From Candidatus Latescibacterota bacterium (GTDB lineage Bacteria > Latescibacterota > UBA2968 > GCA-2709665): a stretch of 64,000 nt of DNA. The position numbers and the translations under genes were made by a program. Shown here in pieces: positions 30,058-39,303 of the stretch. Where the stretch lies: NCBI GenBank assembly GCA_965203805.1, contig OZ241917.1, forward strand, positions 2,560,001 to 2,624,000, written 5' to 3'. The notes under the pieces were generated by a model. The model was not told the DNA's origin. It searched no databases and worked only from the letters and a program-made list of their open reading frames with translations. Positions within the stretch are counted from its first letter, which is position 1. Each line of letters opens with the position of its first letter.

Positions 30058-31011
30058 ATGCCGCGTCTGTACAGCCGCCAGCGCCTGCTGCTCGGGTTGC
30101 TTGGCGCGATTGGTGGGGGCGCGAGCAATACGGACTTTCAGAAGCTTCTATTTCTCTACTGTAAAGGGCTTTCGTCACACCGGGCAACTGAGACACTTCA
30201 AGGACTCTACGACTTTGTCCCCTACCGATATGGCGCATTCTCGTTCACCAGCTATGCGGACCGCCGCCGCCTGGTGGATTGGGAGCTGCTCGCGGATGAC
30301 GACCAGAAATGGGACCTGACAGAAGACGGACGCAAAATCGCGCGAAATTCAGAAAACAGTTCGATGCGTTCGTTCGCTTCTCGGTATCGAAACCTGAGAG
30401 GGGATGCGCTCGTTGCGGATACCTACCGGCGGTACCCGTATTATGCGATACGCAGTGAAATCGCAGCGGAAGTATTGGAGGACGATCGGCCGACGCTTGA
30501 TCGGATTGAATCGACACGTCCCAAAACAACACCATCGCAGCTATTCACGATCGGCTACGAAGGGCGGTCCATTGAAGAATACCTGAATCTGCTCATCCGT
30601 GGAGGCGTGACCCTGCTGTGTGACGTGAGGCGGAATGCAATCAGCCGAAAATATGGGCTTTCCAAAACCACACTTGAGCGCGCTTGCACAGGAATAGGTC
30701 TCCGTTATGAACATTTTCCGGAGCTTGGAATTGAGTCCAGCCGACGCCGAGGTCTGACGACGGAAGCGGATTTCACGGACCTTTTCGAGGCCTATAAGCA
30801 GACCATCCTGCCAGATCAGGGCGATGCCCTGGGAAGAATTCGCGACTGGTTGCAGTCCGGCGAATCGGTAGCACTCACCTGTTTCGAACTCGAAGCCGGT
30901 CAGTGCCATCGTCATTGCGTCGCTAATGCGCTCAAAGCGGTCACCGTTGAGTACCACCCTGAAGATCGAGAATTTCGATCCTTCCTCCCCAACGGCGTAA
31001 AACACCTTTGA
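30058..31011 (+). CDS. DUF488 family protein (copy 2)
   Basis: Close paralogue of 22398-23354, including the leader. Confidence 0.85.
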   Translation: MPRLYSRQRLLLGLLGAIGGGASNTDFQKLLFLYCKGLSSHRATETLQGLYDFVPYRYGAFSFTSYADRRRLVDWELLADDDQKWDLTEDGRKIARNSENSSMRSFASRYRNLRGDALVADTYRRYPYYAIRSEIAAEVLEDDRPTLDRIESTRPKTTPSQLFTIGYEGRSIEEYLNLLIRGGVTLLCDVRRNAISRKYGLSKTTLERACTGIGLRYEHFPELGIESSRRRGLTTEADFTDLFEAYKQTILPDQGDALGRIRDWLQSGESVALTCFELEAGQCHRHCVANALKAVTVEYHPEDREFRSFLPNGVKHL

Positions 31012-31271
31012 CCGGAACGATCAATCAACGCATCCTGGTTACCGTAAAAGCCTACCCGACGCTTTCGTTGTTGCAAAACGCGACGGTTTACGATAGACTC
31101 GACGAGCTCATCGCTGGCGCCAAAAGCAACACAGTCTCGCTTGCTGTATTCAAGCCGGCAATAGTCATTGATTTCATTTGGGAGGACGATGATCGCGAAT
31201 GGAGTCAGCAAAGGCTCGAGCAGATGCGTGCGCTCCACAGCCAGCTTGCTCTATTTGAAGACAATAGCTGA
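31008..31271 (+). pseudogene. Internally deleted DUF488-partner gene
   Basis: QRILVTVKAYPTLS joined directly to later sequence (SLAVFKP); lacks the RKYGEAVC seen at about 23410. Confidence 0.6.
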
Positions 31272-31393
31272 CGCGAGACGTTTCAAGGACCCCCGTCTAT
31301 CTTCATCCCAATTTTAACATTTCCACTTGACAAGATAAATTCTGTTGCGTAGTCTTTACGGAAAAGATATGCAAAAGACATCTACGGGATTTA

Positions 31394-31759
31394 ATGGACC
31401 TCATACCTTCGGCACGCGATAGAGAGTTGTTTGTTGCTGTCGCCATTCCGATCTTTTACCTCAGCACAGTCTGCTATATCGCCACCCGAGAAACATCGAT
31501 TCTATCCGTTAAGACCGCTCAAGACATTACTGCCATCGGCGTCTTCTCAATCACCATTACCTTTTTCCTTTTGGAGATCAAGGACATGTTCTATGGACGA
31601 GCGATGAAACAAATAGGACGGGAAGAAAGGGACCGTGAGATTAGTGAGATACTCGATGCTGCACTTAAAGAACAGCCACCCCCCAGCGCAAGGGAGCTTG
31701 TTCAAAGAGTGTATGAAAGCAAGAAAAAAAACTCACAAAACTCCGGAAAACTCAAATAG
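31394..31759 (+). CDS. Small 2-TM hypothetical protein
   Basis: Two hydrophobic segments; TTGACA upstream; hairpin 31789-31825 downstream. Confidence 0.65.
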   Translation: MDLIPSARDRELFVAVAIPIFYLSTVCYIATRETSILSVKTAQDITAIGVFSITITFFLLEIKDMFYGRAMKQIGREERDREISEILDAALKEQPPPSARELVQRVYESKKKNSQNSGKLK

Positions 31760-32194
31760 CAACGGTCCGCAGCGTTCATAACGTTATCAACAGCCTGCCG
31801 GAACAACTGTTCGGCAGGCTTTGTTATGCCTTCCCCCCTCGCTCCCTATTTCCCCACTTCAGAGGCTTCTCCATGCGCTCATCTGTAATCCTGGAGTTAA
31901 CCCGGTTCAGTGGAGGTTTAGGGCTTGTGTTTCGAGCCCATGATTGACGGTTGTTCTCGTAGCTTACGGGCGAGTGGTATCCCAGCGCAGAATGCCTGTG
32001 GTGTGGATGGTACCAGCCGTTGATGTATCTGACAATGAATGCCGTGTCGTCACTGCAGCACAGGTCTAATCACGCCAGTCGAAGATCGTCCTGAACCGGC
32101 CACCTGATTACAATTGAATCCCCCCACCACCGTCGCCGGCCGTTCCACATTTCGACCCTTCGGCGGGCTTGCTTCGACAAGCTCAGCACAAGCA

Positions 32195-32375
32195 GGGGCC
32201 GGCTCGGCTTCTGCCTGCCTGCCGCCTGCCTGCGCCGCTGCGCTTCCCGCGGCAGGCAGGCGCTCCGCTTGGCGCAGGCAGGCGACTCCCCTCAAGGGGG
32301 GAGTGATTGCGACGTGAATGCGCGACAGCCGGTGTCGAATGCGTCCACAGGGTGACGTGATTGCGAGAGGTCGCT
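32195..32375. repeat. Composite repeat containing a 69-nt nested CCTGCCTG element (32214-32282)
   Basis: Nearly identical to 33620-33795. Confidence 0.9.
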
Positions 32376-32462
32376 AACGGGCTGAACATCGATCTCTACG
32401 CCAACGGAGACATCGCAGGCCTCGACGTCGACGCTTCCCGGCGTCTTGACCATTCGACACTT

Positions 32463-33500
32463 GAGTCCACTCCGAAAAGCCGCGTTTACATGGCCGGGAA
32501 AAAGCGCTAAATTCGAAGTGTGACGAGGTTGCAAAGCCGGATTGATGATTGATCGCAAAAAAGCGAGGGAGCTATGTTCGGAAGGAGTGCCCCTTCAAGT
32601 CAGCCGGATCTGTTTTCCAGCTTCGAGTTGCATTTCAGCAGACGGAAGCAGGATCAGTTGAATGATCCGAAGTCGTGGCACAATCTGTTTTACGAACACG
32701 TCACGTCAAAGGTCGATGAGGATCTGTACTCGGTGCTGCGCGATGCCAACGAGGACCGACCCGGTGCGCCGATTCGACAACTGGTGTCGATGTTGATCCT
32801 GAAGGAGGGATTTGGATGGAACGATGCGCAACTGTTCGAGCATTGTCGATTCAACATCCTGGTGATGCGCGCATTGGGGATGATGAATCTATGCGATGAG
32901 GCGCCTGCTGAGTCCAGGTATTATCGTTTCAAGCATGCTTTGTATGAGGTTCAACTGAAGACCGGCCGCGAACTGATTGGCGAGACGCTCTCGAGCTTAA
33001 CCAGGACGCAGGCCAGCGCCTTTGGTGTGTTGGATCGGCACGTCCGCATGGACAGTAAGTTGATCGGCTCGAACATTGTGCTTTGCTGCCGGCTGCACCT
33101 GGTGGCGCGATGCATGCGAGCGTTCTGGGAGTCGCTGGACAAGGACCAAAAGGGACGTTTGTCTTCGAAAAGACAGGTTTTGGACGGATTGCTCAAGGGG
33201 AAGCCCTATCAGGTTGTCTATGGTCTCAACCGCGTTGAAATGGGTGAGAAGCTGCAGGAATTCGGGCAGTTATTGCGCAGGCTTCAAGCGACCTATACCG
33301 AGAGCCACAGCGATCTATACGGCCTGATCGTGCGGGCTATGGCGGATCAGTATAACGTCCTATCGTCCTCCAAACAGGTGTTTCCGAAGCCCCCTCAAGA
33401 GATCTCCCCTTTCTCCCTGCAGGTTGCCGATGTTGACGCGGAGGCCGCTGTTCGATCCCGTGTGGCAAAATTAGAAGGTCTTTGGAGCCCGGATGGGTAG
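32463..33500 (+). mobile_element. Truncated paralogue of the 16682 IS (left TIR plus partial transposase 32574-33500)
   Basis: GAGTCCACTCCGAAAAG; protein colinear with the N-terminal ~300 aa of 16793. Confidence 0.88.
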
Positions 33501-33619
33501 CGTGATTGATGACACAGGAGACGTTGATGAACGAAAAGAAGCTCTCTAACCTGGCCGCCATCCGATAAGGCTTGAGCCCCCCACCGCATCAGCCGTCGCC
33601 GGCCCTTCGACAAGCTCAG

Positions 33620-33795
33620 GGGGCCGGCTCGGCTTCTGCCTGCCTGCCGCCTGCCTGCGCCGCTGCGCTTCCCGCGGCAGGCAGGCGCTCCGCTTGGCGC
33701 AGGCAGGCGACTCCCCCTCAAGGGGGGAGTGATTGCGATGTGAATGCGCGACAGCCGGTGTCGAATGCCTCCAAAGGGTGGCGTGATCGCGAGGT
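33620..33795. repeat. Composite repeat containing a 69-nt nested CCTGCCTG element (33639-33707)
   Basis: Nest identical to 32214-32282. Confidence 0.9.
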
Positions 33796-33831
33796 TTCGT
33801 TGATGCGGTAGTCAGAAAGAGAGGGAAGCCC

Positions 33832-34974
33832 ATGGATATCGAGGGGATTCGCGGCCAGATGCCGGGCCTGAAACACGGCGTTTACCTGAACACCGCCGGA
33901 ATCGGTCAGTCGCCGGTCTGCGTGAACGAAGCGGTCGCCGAGGGCTATCAGCAGTTGCGCAGCGGCAGCGTCAGTACGAGCGACTGGTACGACGCAATGT
34001 CCGAGGCCCAGGACGAATTGCCGGCCAAAATTGCCGGCTTCTTCGGCGCCGATGCAGGGGAAATCGCGCTGACGATGAGCACCGGAGAAGGTTACGGTAT
34101 GGTGCTCGGCGGGCTGCGGTGGCAACCGGGAGACGAGGTCCTCATTACCAATGAGGAACACCCGGTACCCCTTGAAGCCGCCCAGGGTGTGGCGGACCGG
34201 GAAGGAGCGATCGTCAAGGTGGTCGAAATCGACCAGGATAAAGACCTTTTCCTGGACCGGCTGGCGAATTCGATCACCCCGCGTACCCGGCTGATCTGTT
34301 TCAGCCATGTCACGACGGATTGGGGGACCCGGCTGCCCGCCCGCGAGGTCTGCGAGCTGGCGCGGGCCCGCGGCATTCTCACGCTCTGGGATGGCTGCCA
34401 GGCCATCGGGCAGTTTCCGGTGGACCTGCATGAAATCGGCTGCGACTTCTACGCCACCAATTGCTACAAGTGGATGCTTTCGCCGATGGGTACCGGATTC
34501 CTCTATGTCAGGAAAGGCGCGCAGCAAGTTTTGAAGCCGCTGCGGCGACCGCACGCCCCCGACGGTACGGCCCGGCAGTACGAGACCGGATCGCCGGCGC
34601 GCGCGCTCTACCTGGGTCTCGGCGCGGGTCTCGATTTTTTGGCCGGCATCGGCGGGCCGCGGGCCATCGCCGCGGAGGCGGGACCAAAGGCGGAATCGCT
34701 GCGCGATCGCTTCGACGCCATTCCCGGCGTGCGGGTCATCGGCTCACGCCGCGCCGAAACCCAAACCGGCACTGTCGCGTTCGCTGTCGAGGGCATGGAA
34801 GGGAACGAAGTCTCCGACGCACTCCGGAACCGCTGGCAAATCGCCCAACGGGCGACCAACATCAACAAACCCTCCGGTGTGCGGATTTCGGTGGCGTTCT
34901 ACACCACCGATTCGGAGCTGGATACCCTGGTCGAAGCGGTCACCACCCTGGCGGGCGAGACCGGGAATCGGTAA
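33832..34974 (+). CDS. Aminotransferase class V PLP enzyme (cysteine desulfurase/IPN epimerase-like)
   Basis: YLNTAG, EEHP, SHV, DGCQAIG, NCYKWM, RISVAFY. Confidence 0.9.
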   Translation: MDIEGIRGQMPGLKHGVYLNTAGIGQSPVCVNEAVAEGYQQLRSGSVSTSDWYDAMSEAQDELPAKIAGFFGADAGEIALTMSTGEGYGMVLGGLRWQPGDEVLITNEEHPVPLEAAQGVADREGAIVKVVEIDQDKDLFLDRLANSITPRTRLICFSHVTTDWGTRLPAREVCELARARGILTLWDGCQAIGQFPVDLHEIGCDFYATNCYKWMLSPMGTGFLYVRKGAQQVLKPLRRPHAPDGTARQYETGSPARALYLGLGAGLDFLAGIGGPRAIAAEAGPKAESLRDRFDAIPGVRVIGSRRAETQTGTVAFAVEGMEGNEVSDALRNRWQIAQRATNINKPSGVRISVAFYTTDSELDTLVEAVTTLAGETGNR

Positions 34975-35079
34975 CGGGCAAGAGGCTGAATCCTTTCTCC
35001 TTTGTAGCTGGCGCAGCCCGCCTGCACCCGTGTTCGATCCGGCTGACAGAATCTTCACTTGATTCCAGGGTCCCTTTCC

Positions 35080-35165
35080 TGTAGATTGTCACGTCGCGGT
35101 CATTCGACAAACGGACGCTCTCATAACCGGCAATTGGACGCCATTGAAACCGACAAATGGACGCT
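35080..35165 (+). promoter_or_regulatory. Leader with 23-bp-spaced direct repeats overlapping the start codon
   Basis: CGRCAAWYGGACGC units, GACG at 35114/35137/35160. Confidence 0.5.
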
Positions 35166-36404
35166 AACCGTTCCCTCTTTCCCCGCTCGCTGGCGCCCGT
35201 TCTTGGGGAGGCCCTGGCCGACACGCCGGTGGTCTGTCTGCTCGGACCGAGGCAAAGCGGGAAAACGACGCTCGTCCAGCAACTCGCGCCCGACCGCGCG
35301 TACGTCAGCCTGGACGATCACAACTATTATCAGACCGCCCGGACCGATCCCTCCGGCTTCGTCGCCAGCCTGCCGGACGCGGTGACCCTGGACGAGGTGC
35401 AAAGGGCGCCGCAACTGCTCCCCGCCATCAAGCGCGCCGTGGATCAGGACCGTCGTCCCGGTCGTTTCGTGCTGACCGGCTCGGCCAATCTGCTGCTGGC
35501 GCCAACGGTAACCGAATCCCTGGCCGGGCGGATGGAAACCGCGCAATTGCACCCGCTGACGGAATCCGAAAAAGAGCGCGCGCCGGGGCGCTTCCTCAGC
35601 GACCTGCTGAACGGCGCGATCAAGCCGGGCATCCGGCCCGAGGCGGCGGCTGAAGCGCCGTCGCTGCAGGACCGACTGGTCGCCGGCGGCTATCCCGAAC
35701 CGCTGACCCGCGCGCCCGTCCGCTCCCGGCAATGGCACCGGCAGTACCTGCGCAGCATTATCGATCGGGACGTGCGGGACGTGGCGCGGGTGAGAGATTC
35801 ACACGAACTGGGTCGCCTGTTGGAGCTGTTGGCCCTTCGCAGCGCCGGATTGTTGAACACCTGTAATCTGGCCAATGCCCTGGGCCTGCACCGGTCGACG
35901 GTAGATCACTACATCGCCGTCCTCGAACGCCTCTTTCTTGTGCGACGCCTTCCGGCGTGGCGCCGCAACCCGGCCAAACGGCTCATCAGAGCACCCAAGG
36001 TCCATCTCCTCGATAGCGGGCTGACTGCAACCCTCGCCAACCTGACCGCGTACGACTGGCTGGGCAGGCGGGACCAGATGGGGCATCTGCTGGAGTCCTT
36101 TGTCGTACAGCAACTCATTGCCCAGGCCGCCTGGACGGAACCGGATCTGCGTTTCTGGCACTATCGAGACAAGGACCGGGTGGAGGTCGACGTGGTCATT
36201 ACCCGGGGTCAAAAGACATGGGGCGTTGAAGTCAAGGCCGCCCGTGGGATCAGCTCCGGAGACGGGAAAGGGCTGATTCGGCTCGCTGATCGTTGCGGCA
36301 AGGATTTCGAGTGCGGCGTGCTGCTCTACGCCGGCCGCGATCGACTCCCGTTGGCCGACGAGCGCATACTCGCCGTGCCGCTGAGCGAATTGTGGGAGCG
36401 GTAG
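35157..36404 (+). CDS. AAA_14 ATPase with DUF4143/PD-(D/E)XK C-terminus
   Basis: GPRQSGKTT, LDEVQ, LTGSA, ESLAGR, GGYP, EVDVV..VEVK. Confidence 0.93.
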   Translation: MDANRSLFPRSLAPVLGEALADTPVVCLLGPRQSGKTTLVQQLAPDRAYVSLDDHNYYQTARTDPSGFVASLPDAVTLDEVQRAPQLLPAIKRAVDQDRRPGRFVLTGSANLLLAPTVTESLAGRMETAQLHPLTESEKERAPGRFLSDLLNGAIKPGIRPEAAAEAPSLQDRLVAGGYPEPLTRAPVRSRQWHRQYLRSIIDRDVRDVARVRDSHELGRLLELLALRSAGLLNTCNLANALGLHRSTVDHYIAVLERLFLVRRLPAWRRNPAKRLIRAPKVHLLDSGLTATLANLTAYDWLGRRDQMGHLLESFVVQQLIAQAAWTEPDLRFWHYRDKDRVEVDVVITRGQKTWGVEVKAARGISSGDGKGLIRLADRCGKDFECGVLLYAGRDRLPLADERILAVPLSELWER

Positions 36405-36475
36405 GGCGCCTGCCCTTCGGCGGTGTTGATCGACCTGGCAAACGGACTCGCCTCTTGATTGCGGCAACCAAATCT

Positions 36476-36595
36476 TGTAGATTAATGTCGCACACATTCG
36501 ACACGTGAGGACGATTAAAACCTACAATCAGACGCTCCATTGACCGACAATTAGACGCACATATAACCGACGAATGGACGCTCACCGATTCGGTT
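36476..36595 (+). repeat. Third copy of the ATPase leader, with one extra repeat unit
   Basis: TGTAGATT..ATGGACGCTCACCG; GACG at 36510/36531/36554/36577. Confidence 0.65.
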
Positions 36596-36705
36596 CCCCC
36601 GGCAGTGCGGGGAGAAGACCTCCAGCCGCGAATGGAGGCCGCATTGGATTGTTACGGAAAGCCACTGCTGTCCAGGAACGAAGCCGATTTCAGGCAGGTG
36701 GGACC

Positions 36706-36798
36706 CTTTGTGTTTTTGTGCCTTTTGTGGCAGATGTTTTTTCGCGGCAAACCGGAAGAGCAGAACAATAGCCACAAAAAGCACAGAAGGCACACAAG
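36706..36798. repeat. Inverted pair of 9-nt periodic repeats
   Basis: CTTTGTGTTTTTGTGCCTTTTGTGGC / GCCACAAAAAGCACAGAAGGCACACAAG; another copy at about 56958. Confidence 0.7.
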
Positions 36799-36822
36799 GA
36801 CTGGACGACAACAGGAAGGGCC

Positions 36823-37079
36823 ATGAAACTTCATTACTATCCCGAAACCGATAGCCTGTACGTCGAGTTCAAATCCGGTCCGGGCACTGAAACGCGAGAG
36901 GTCACTACCGGGCTAAACGTCGATCTCGACGCCAACGGAGACATCGTAGGCTTCGACATCGCAAAAACGCAGGACTGGCAACACACACCCATCACGATAC
37001 TTGAAGAGGAGCAACAAATGTCACCTTGATCATACCTCATCCACTATCAATAGTGTCCAATTTTAAACCGGTGTTGACA
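36823..37079 (+). pseudogene. Truncated DUF2283 gene fused to an IS21 right end
   Basis: Matches 39045 up to GFDI, then sequence like 25060-25202 ending GGTGTTGACA. Confidence 0.8.
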
Positions 37080-37268
37080 AGAGACAGCGATCTATATGGT
37101 CTGATCGTGCGTGTTTTGGGGGATCAGTATACCGTTTTATCGTCACCCAAACAGGTGCCCCGTCACGAGATCTCCCCTTTCTCCTTGCAGTATGCCGATG
37201 TTGACGCAGCGGCCTCAGTTCGATCACGTGCGGCATATGTACAAGATCTTTGGAGCCCGGATGGGTAG
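37080..37268 (+). pseudogene. Transposase-derived fragment
   Basis: Colinear with 33300-33500. Confidence 0.8.
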
Positions 37269-37295
37269 CGTGATTGATGAGCTCAGGAAACGTCG

Positions 37296-38756
37296 ATGAA
37301 CGAAAAGAACCTCTCAAACCTGGCCGCCCTTGGCGAAGGCTATACCATCGAGTTCAAGCGCTCGGGCACTTCCGGGCTTGGACGTGAGATATGCGCCTTT
37401 GCCAATGCCACCGGCGGCGTGATCTTGATTGGCGTGACCGACGATGGGGTGGGCTGCGGCGTTGCTGACCACAACCGCTTGAAGTCCAGGGTCCAGTCGA
37501 TCGCCCGCAGCGCGGAGCCGCCCATCGCGGTCGAGATCGAAAGCGTAGAAGGCGTGCTCTGTGTGACCGTGCCCGCGCAGCACAGCAAGCCCTACTCTTT
37601 CGGTGGAAAGTTCTACATCCGCGAAGGGGCGAGCAGTCAGCAAATGTCGCGCGAGGAGATTCGGGAATTCTTTTACAAGGAAGGGCTGATCCATTTCGAC
37701 GAAACCGCGTGCGACAGGTTTTCATTGGAGAAAGACCTTGATGAAGAGAAATGGTCCGTGTTTCAGCGCCGCGCGAAAATTCCCGAGGATATGGATCCGG
37801 AGATCGCGCTTCGCAACCTGCACCTGATGGATGAAGATGGCCGGATGACACACGCCGGGGCTTGGTTGCTGGCCAGAGACATCCGGAAGTTCAATATCAG
37901 CGCGGACGTCGCATGTGCGCTCTTCATGGGAACTGACAAGGTGCGCATTCTCGACAGGCGCGACTTCCACGGCGACGTCTATACGATGATTGAAGAGGTG
38001 ATGGCCTGGATTCTCTCCAAAATCAACATCGAGTACATCATTAAGCACGTAAAGCGGGAAGAACGGCCGGAACTGCCCGAAGAGGCCATTCGCGAGGCGG
38101 TCGTCAACGCATTGGCCCACCGAGACTACCGTTCGACGGCCAATGTACAGATTTACCTGTTCAATGACCGGCTCGAAATCGTCAGCCCTGGCGGGTTGCC
38201 CGCCGGCATGACGGAAGCGGATCTCGGTATCAAGAGCATACCGCGCAATCCGCTGTTGTTCGGCATCCTGCACCGCATGGAGGCGGTCGAGAGGATCGGT
38301 TCAGGCATTCGGAGAATCCGCGACCTGTGCCGTGAACACGGAGTGGCTGAACCGTTGATCGAAGTGGCCGATTCGTGGGTAACGACAATGTTCCAAAGGC
38401 CAACCTCAGAGGTGGAAACCCGCACCGGGCGAAAGCAAGAGTCAGGCAAGAGCCAGGCAAGAGTCGGGCAAGAGCCGGCACCAGGTCGGCACCAGGTCGG
38501 CACTAAGTCGGCACCAAGTCGGCACCAAGTCCAAATCCTGCGTAACTGCCTGTCAGAAAAGGCGATAGGGACGTTAATGGCGTCAGTCAGTAGAAAGGAC
38601 CGAACCAAGTTCAGGAACCAGGTCCTGAAACCCCTGTTGGAAGCCGGATGGCTGGAGATGACCATACCGGACAAGCCGACAAGCAGCAAGCAGAAATACC
38701 GGGTGACAAGCAAGGGGCGACAGCTTTTGGCGGAGTTGGGGGAGAACAATGTCTGA
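37296..38756 (+). CDS. AlbA_2 + HATPase_c_4 (RecG-C-like) + C-terminal wHTH protein
   Basis: GEGYTIEFK, ICAFANATGG, REAVVNALAHRDY, SPGGL, PRNP, PDKPTSSKQKY. Confidence 0.9.
   Translation: MNEKNLSNLAALGEGYTIEFKRSGTSGLGREICAFANATGGVILIGVTDDGVGCGVADHNRLKSRVQSIARSAEPPIAVEIESVEGVLCVTVPAQHSKPYSFGGKFYIREGASSQQMSREEIREFFYKEGLIHFDETACDRFSLEKDLDEEKWSVFQRRAKIPEDMDPEIALRNLHLMDEDGRMTHAGAWLLARDIRKFNISADVACALFMGTDKVRILDRRDFHGDVYTMIEEVMAWILSKINIEYIIKHVKREERPELPEEAIREAVVNALAHRDYRSTANVQIYLFNDRLEIVSPGGLPAGMTEADLGIKSIPRNPLLFGILHRMEAVERIGSGIRRIRDLCREHGVAEPLIEVADSWVTTMFQRPTSEVETRTGRKQESGKSQARVGQEPAPGRHQVGTKSAPSRHQVQILRNCLSEKAIGTLMASVSRKDRTKFRNQVLKPLLEAGWLEMTIPDKPTSSKQKYRVTSKGRQLLAELGENNV
38435..38532 (+). repeat. 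Intragenic ~11-bp tandem repeats (9 units)
   Basis: GCAAGAGYCRG x4, then GCACYARGTCG x5. Confidence 0.9.
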
Positions 38757-38985
38757 AGACAGCGCATGGAATGAAACGCTGGTAGAAAAAACGGTGACCC
38801 ACCACATTGAATTAGACGGGCGGCTTTTTCTGATCGAAAACGTCCCGGCGCGAGTCAACGTCGAGACGGACGAGAAGCACTTCTCACCGGAGACCGTCGA
38901 ACGGTTACAGCAAGTGGTGTGGGAACAATGCCGACCCGTTCGCACTATCGAGACTCAGGTCTATGAATACGCTGCTCTCTCTTGA
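38749..38985 (+). CDS. YgiT/MqsA-like small antitoxin-type protein lacking Cys ligands
   Basis: LIENVPARVNVETDEKHFSPETVERLQ. Confidence 0.75.
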   Translation: MSEDSAWNETLVEKTVTHHIELDGRLFLIENVPARVNVETDEKHFSPETVERLQQVVWEQCRPVRTIETQVYEYAALS

Positions 38986-39044
38986 AGGAACCGCCCGGTT
39001 GTCGGCAACGCATTCTTTGATCGCGGCTTTCGAAAGGAAGGGCC

Positions 39045-39260
39045 ATGAAACTCCATTACTATCCCGAAACCGATAGCCTGTACGTCGAGTTCAAATCCGG
39101 TCCGGGCACTGAAACGCGAGAGGTCGCCAACGGGCTGAACGTCGATCTCGACGCCAACGGAGACGTCGTAGGCTTCGATATCGACGCGGCTTCCAGGCGT
39201 CTTGACCTTTCCACGCTTGAAACGGAGGCGTTGCCGGTACGCGCGTACAAGATGGGCTGA
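39045..39260 (+). CDS. DUF2283 domain protein
   Basis: YYPETDSLYVEF..DLDANGDVVGFDI. Confidence 0.88.
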   Translation: MKLHYYPETDSLYVEFKSGPGTETREVANGLNVDLDANGDVVGFDIDAASRRLDLSTLETEALPVRAYKMG

Positions 39261-39303
39261 CGGTTGTACGACCACCGCTGATTGCTTACCCATGGAGTCC
39301 TCT

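Noticed and set aside
22270-31100. DUF488 duplication as a DGR template/variable pair or assembly artefact
   Set aside because: Differences are scattered, not adenine-specific; no RT; copies too diverged for a simple misassembly
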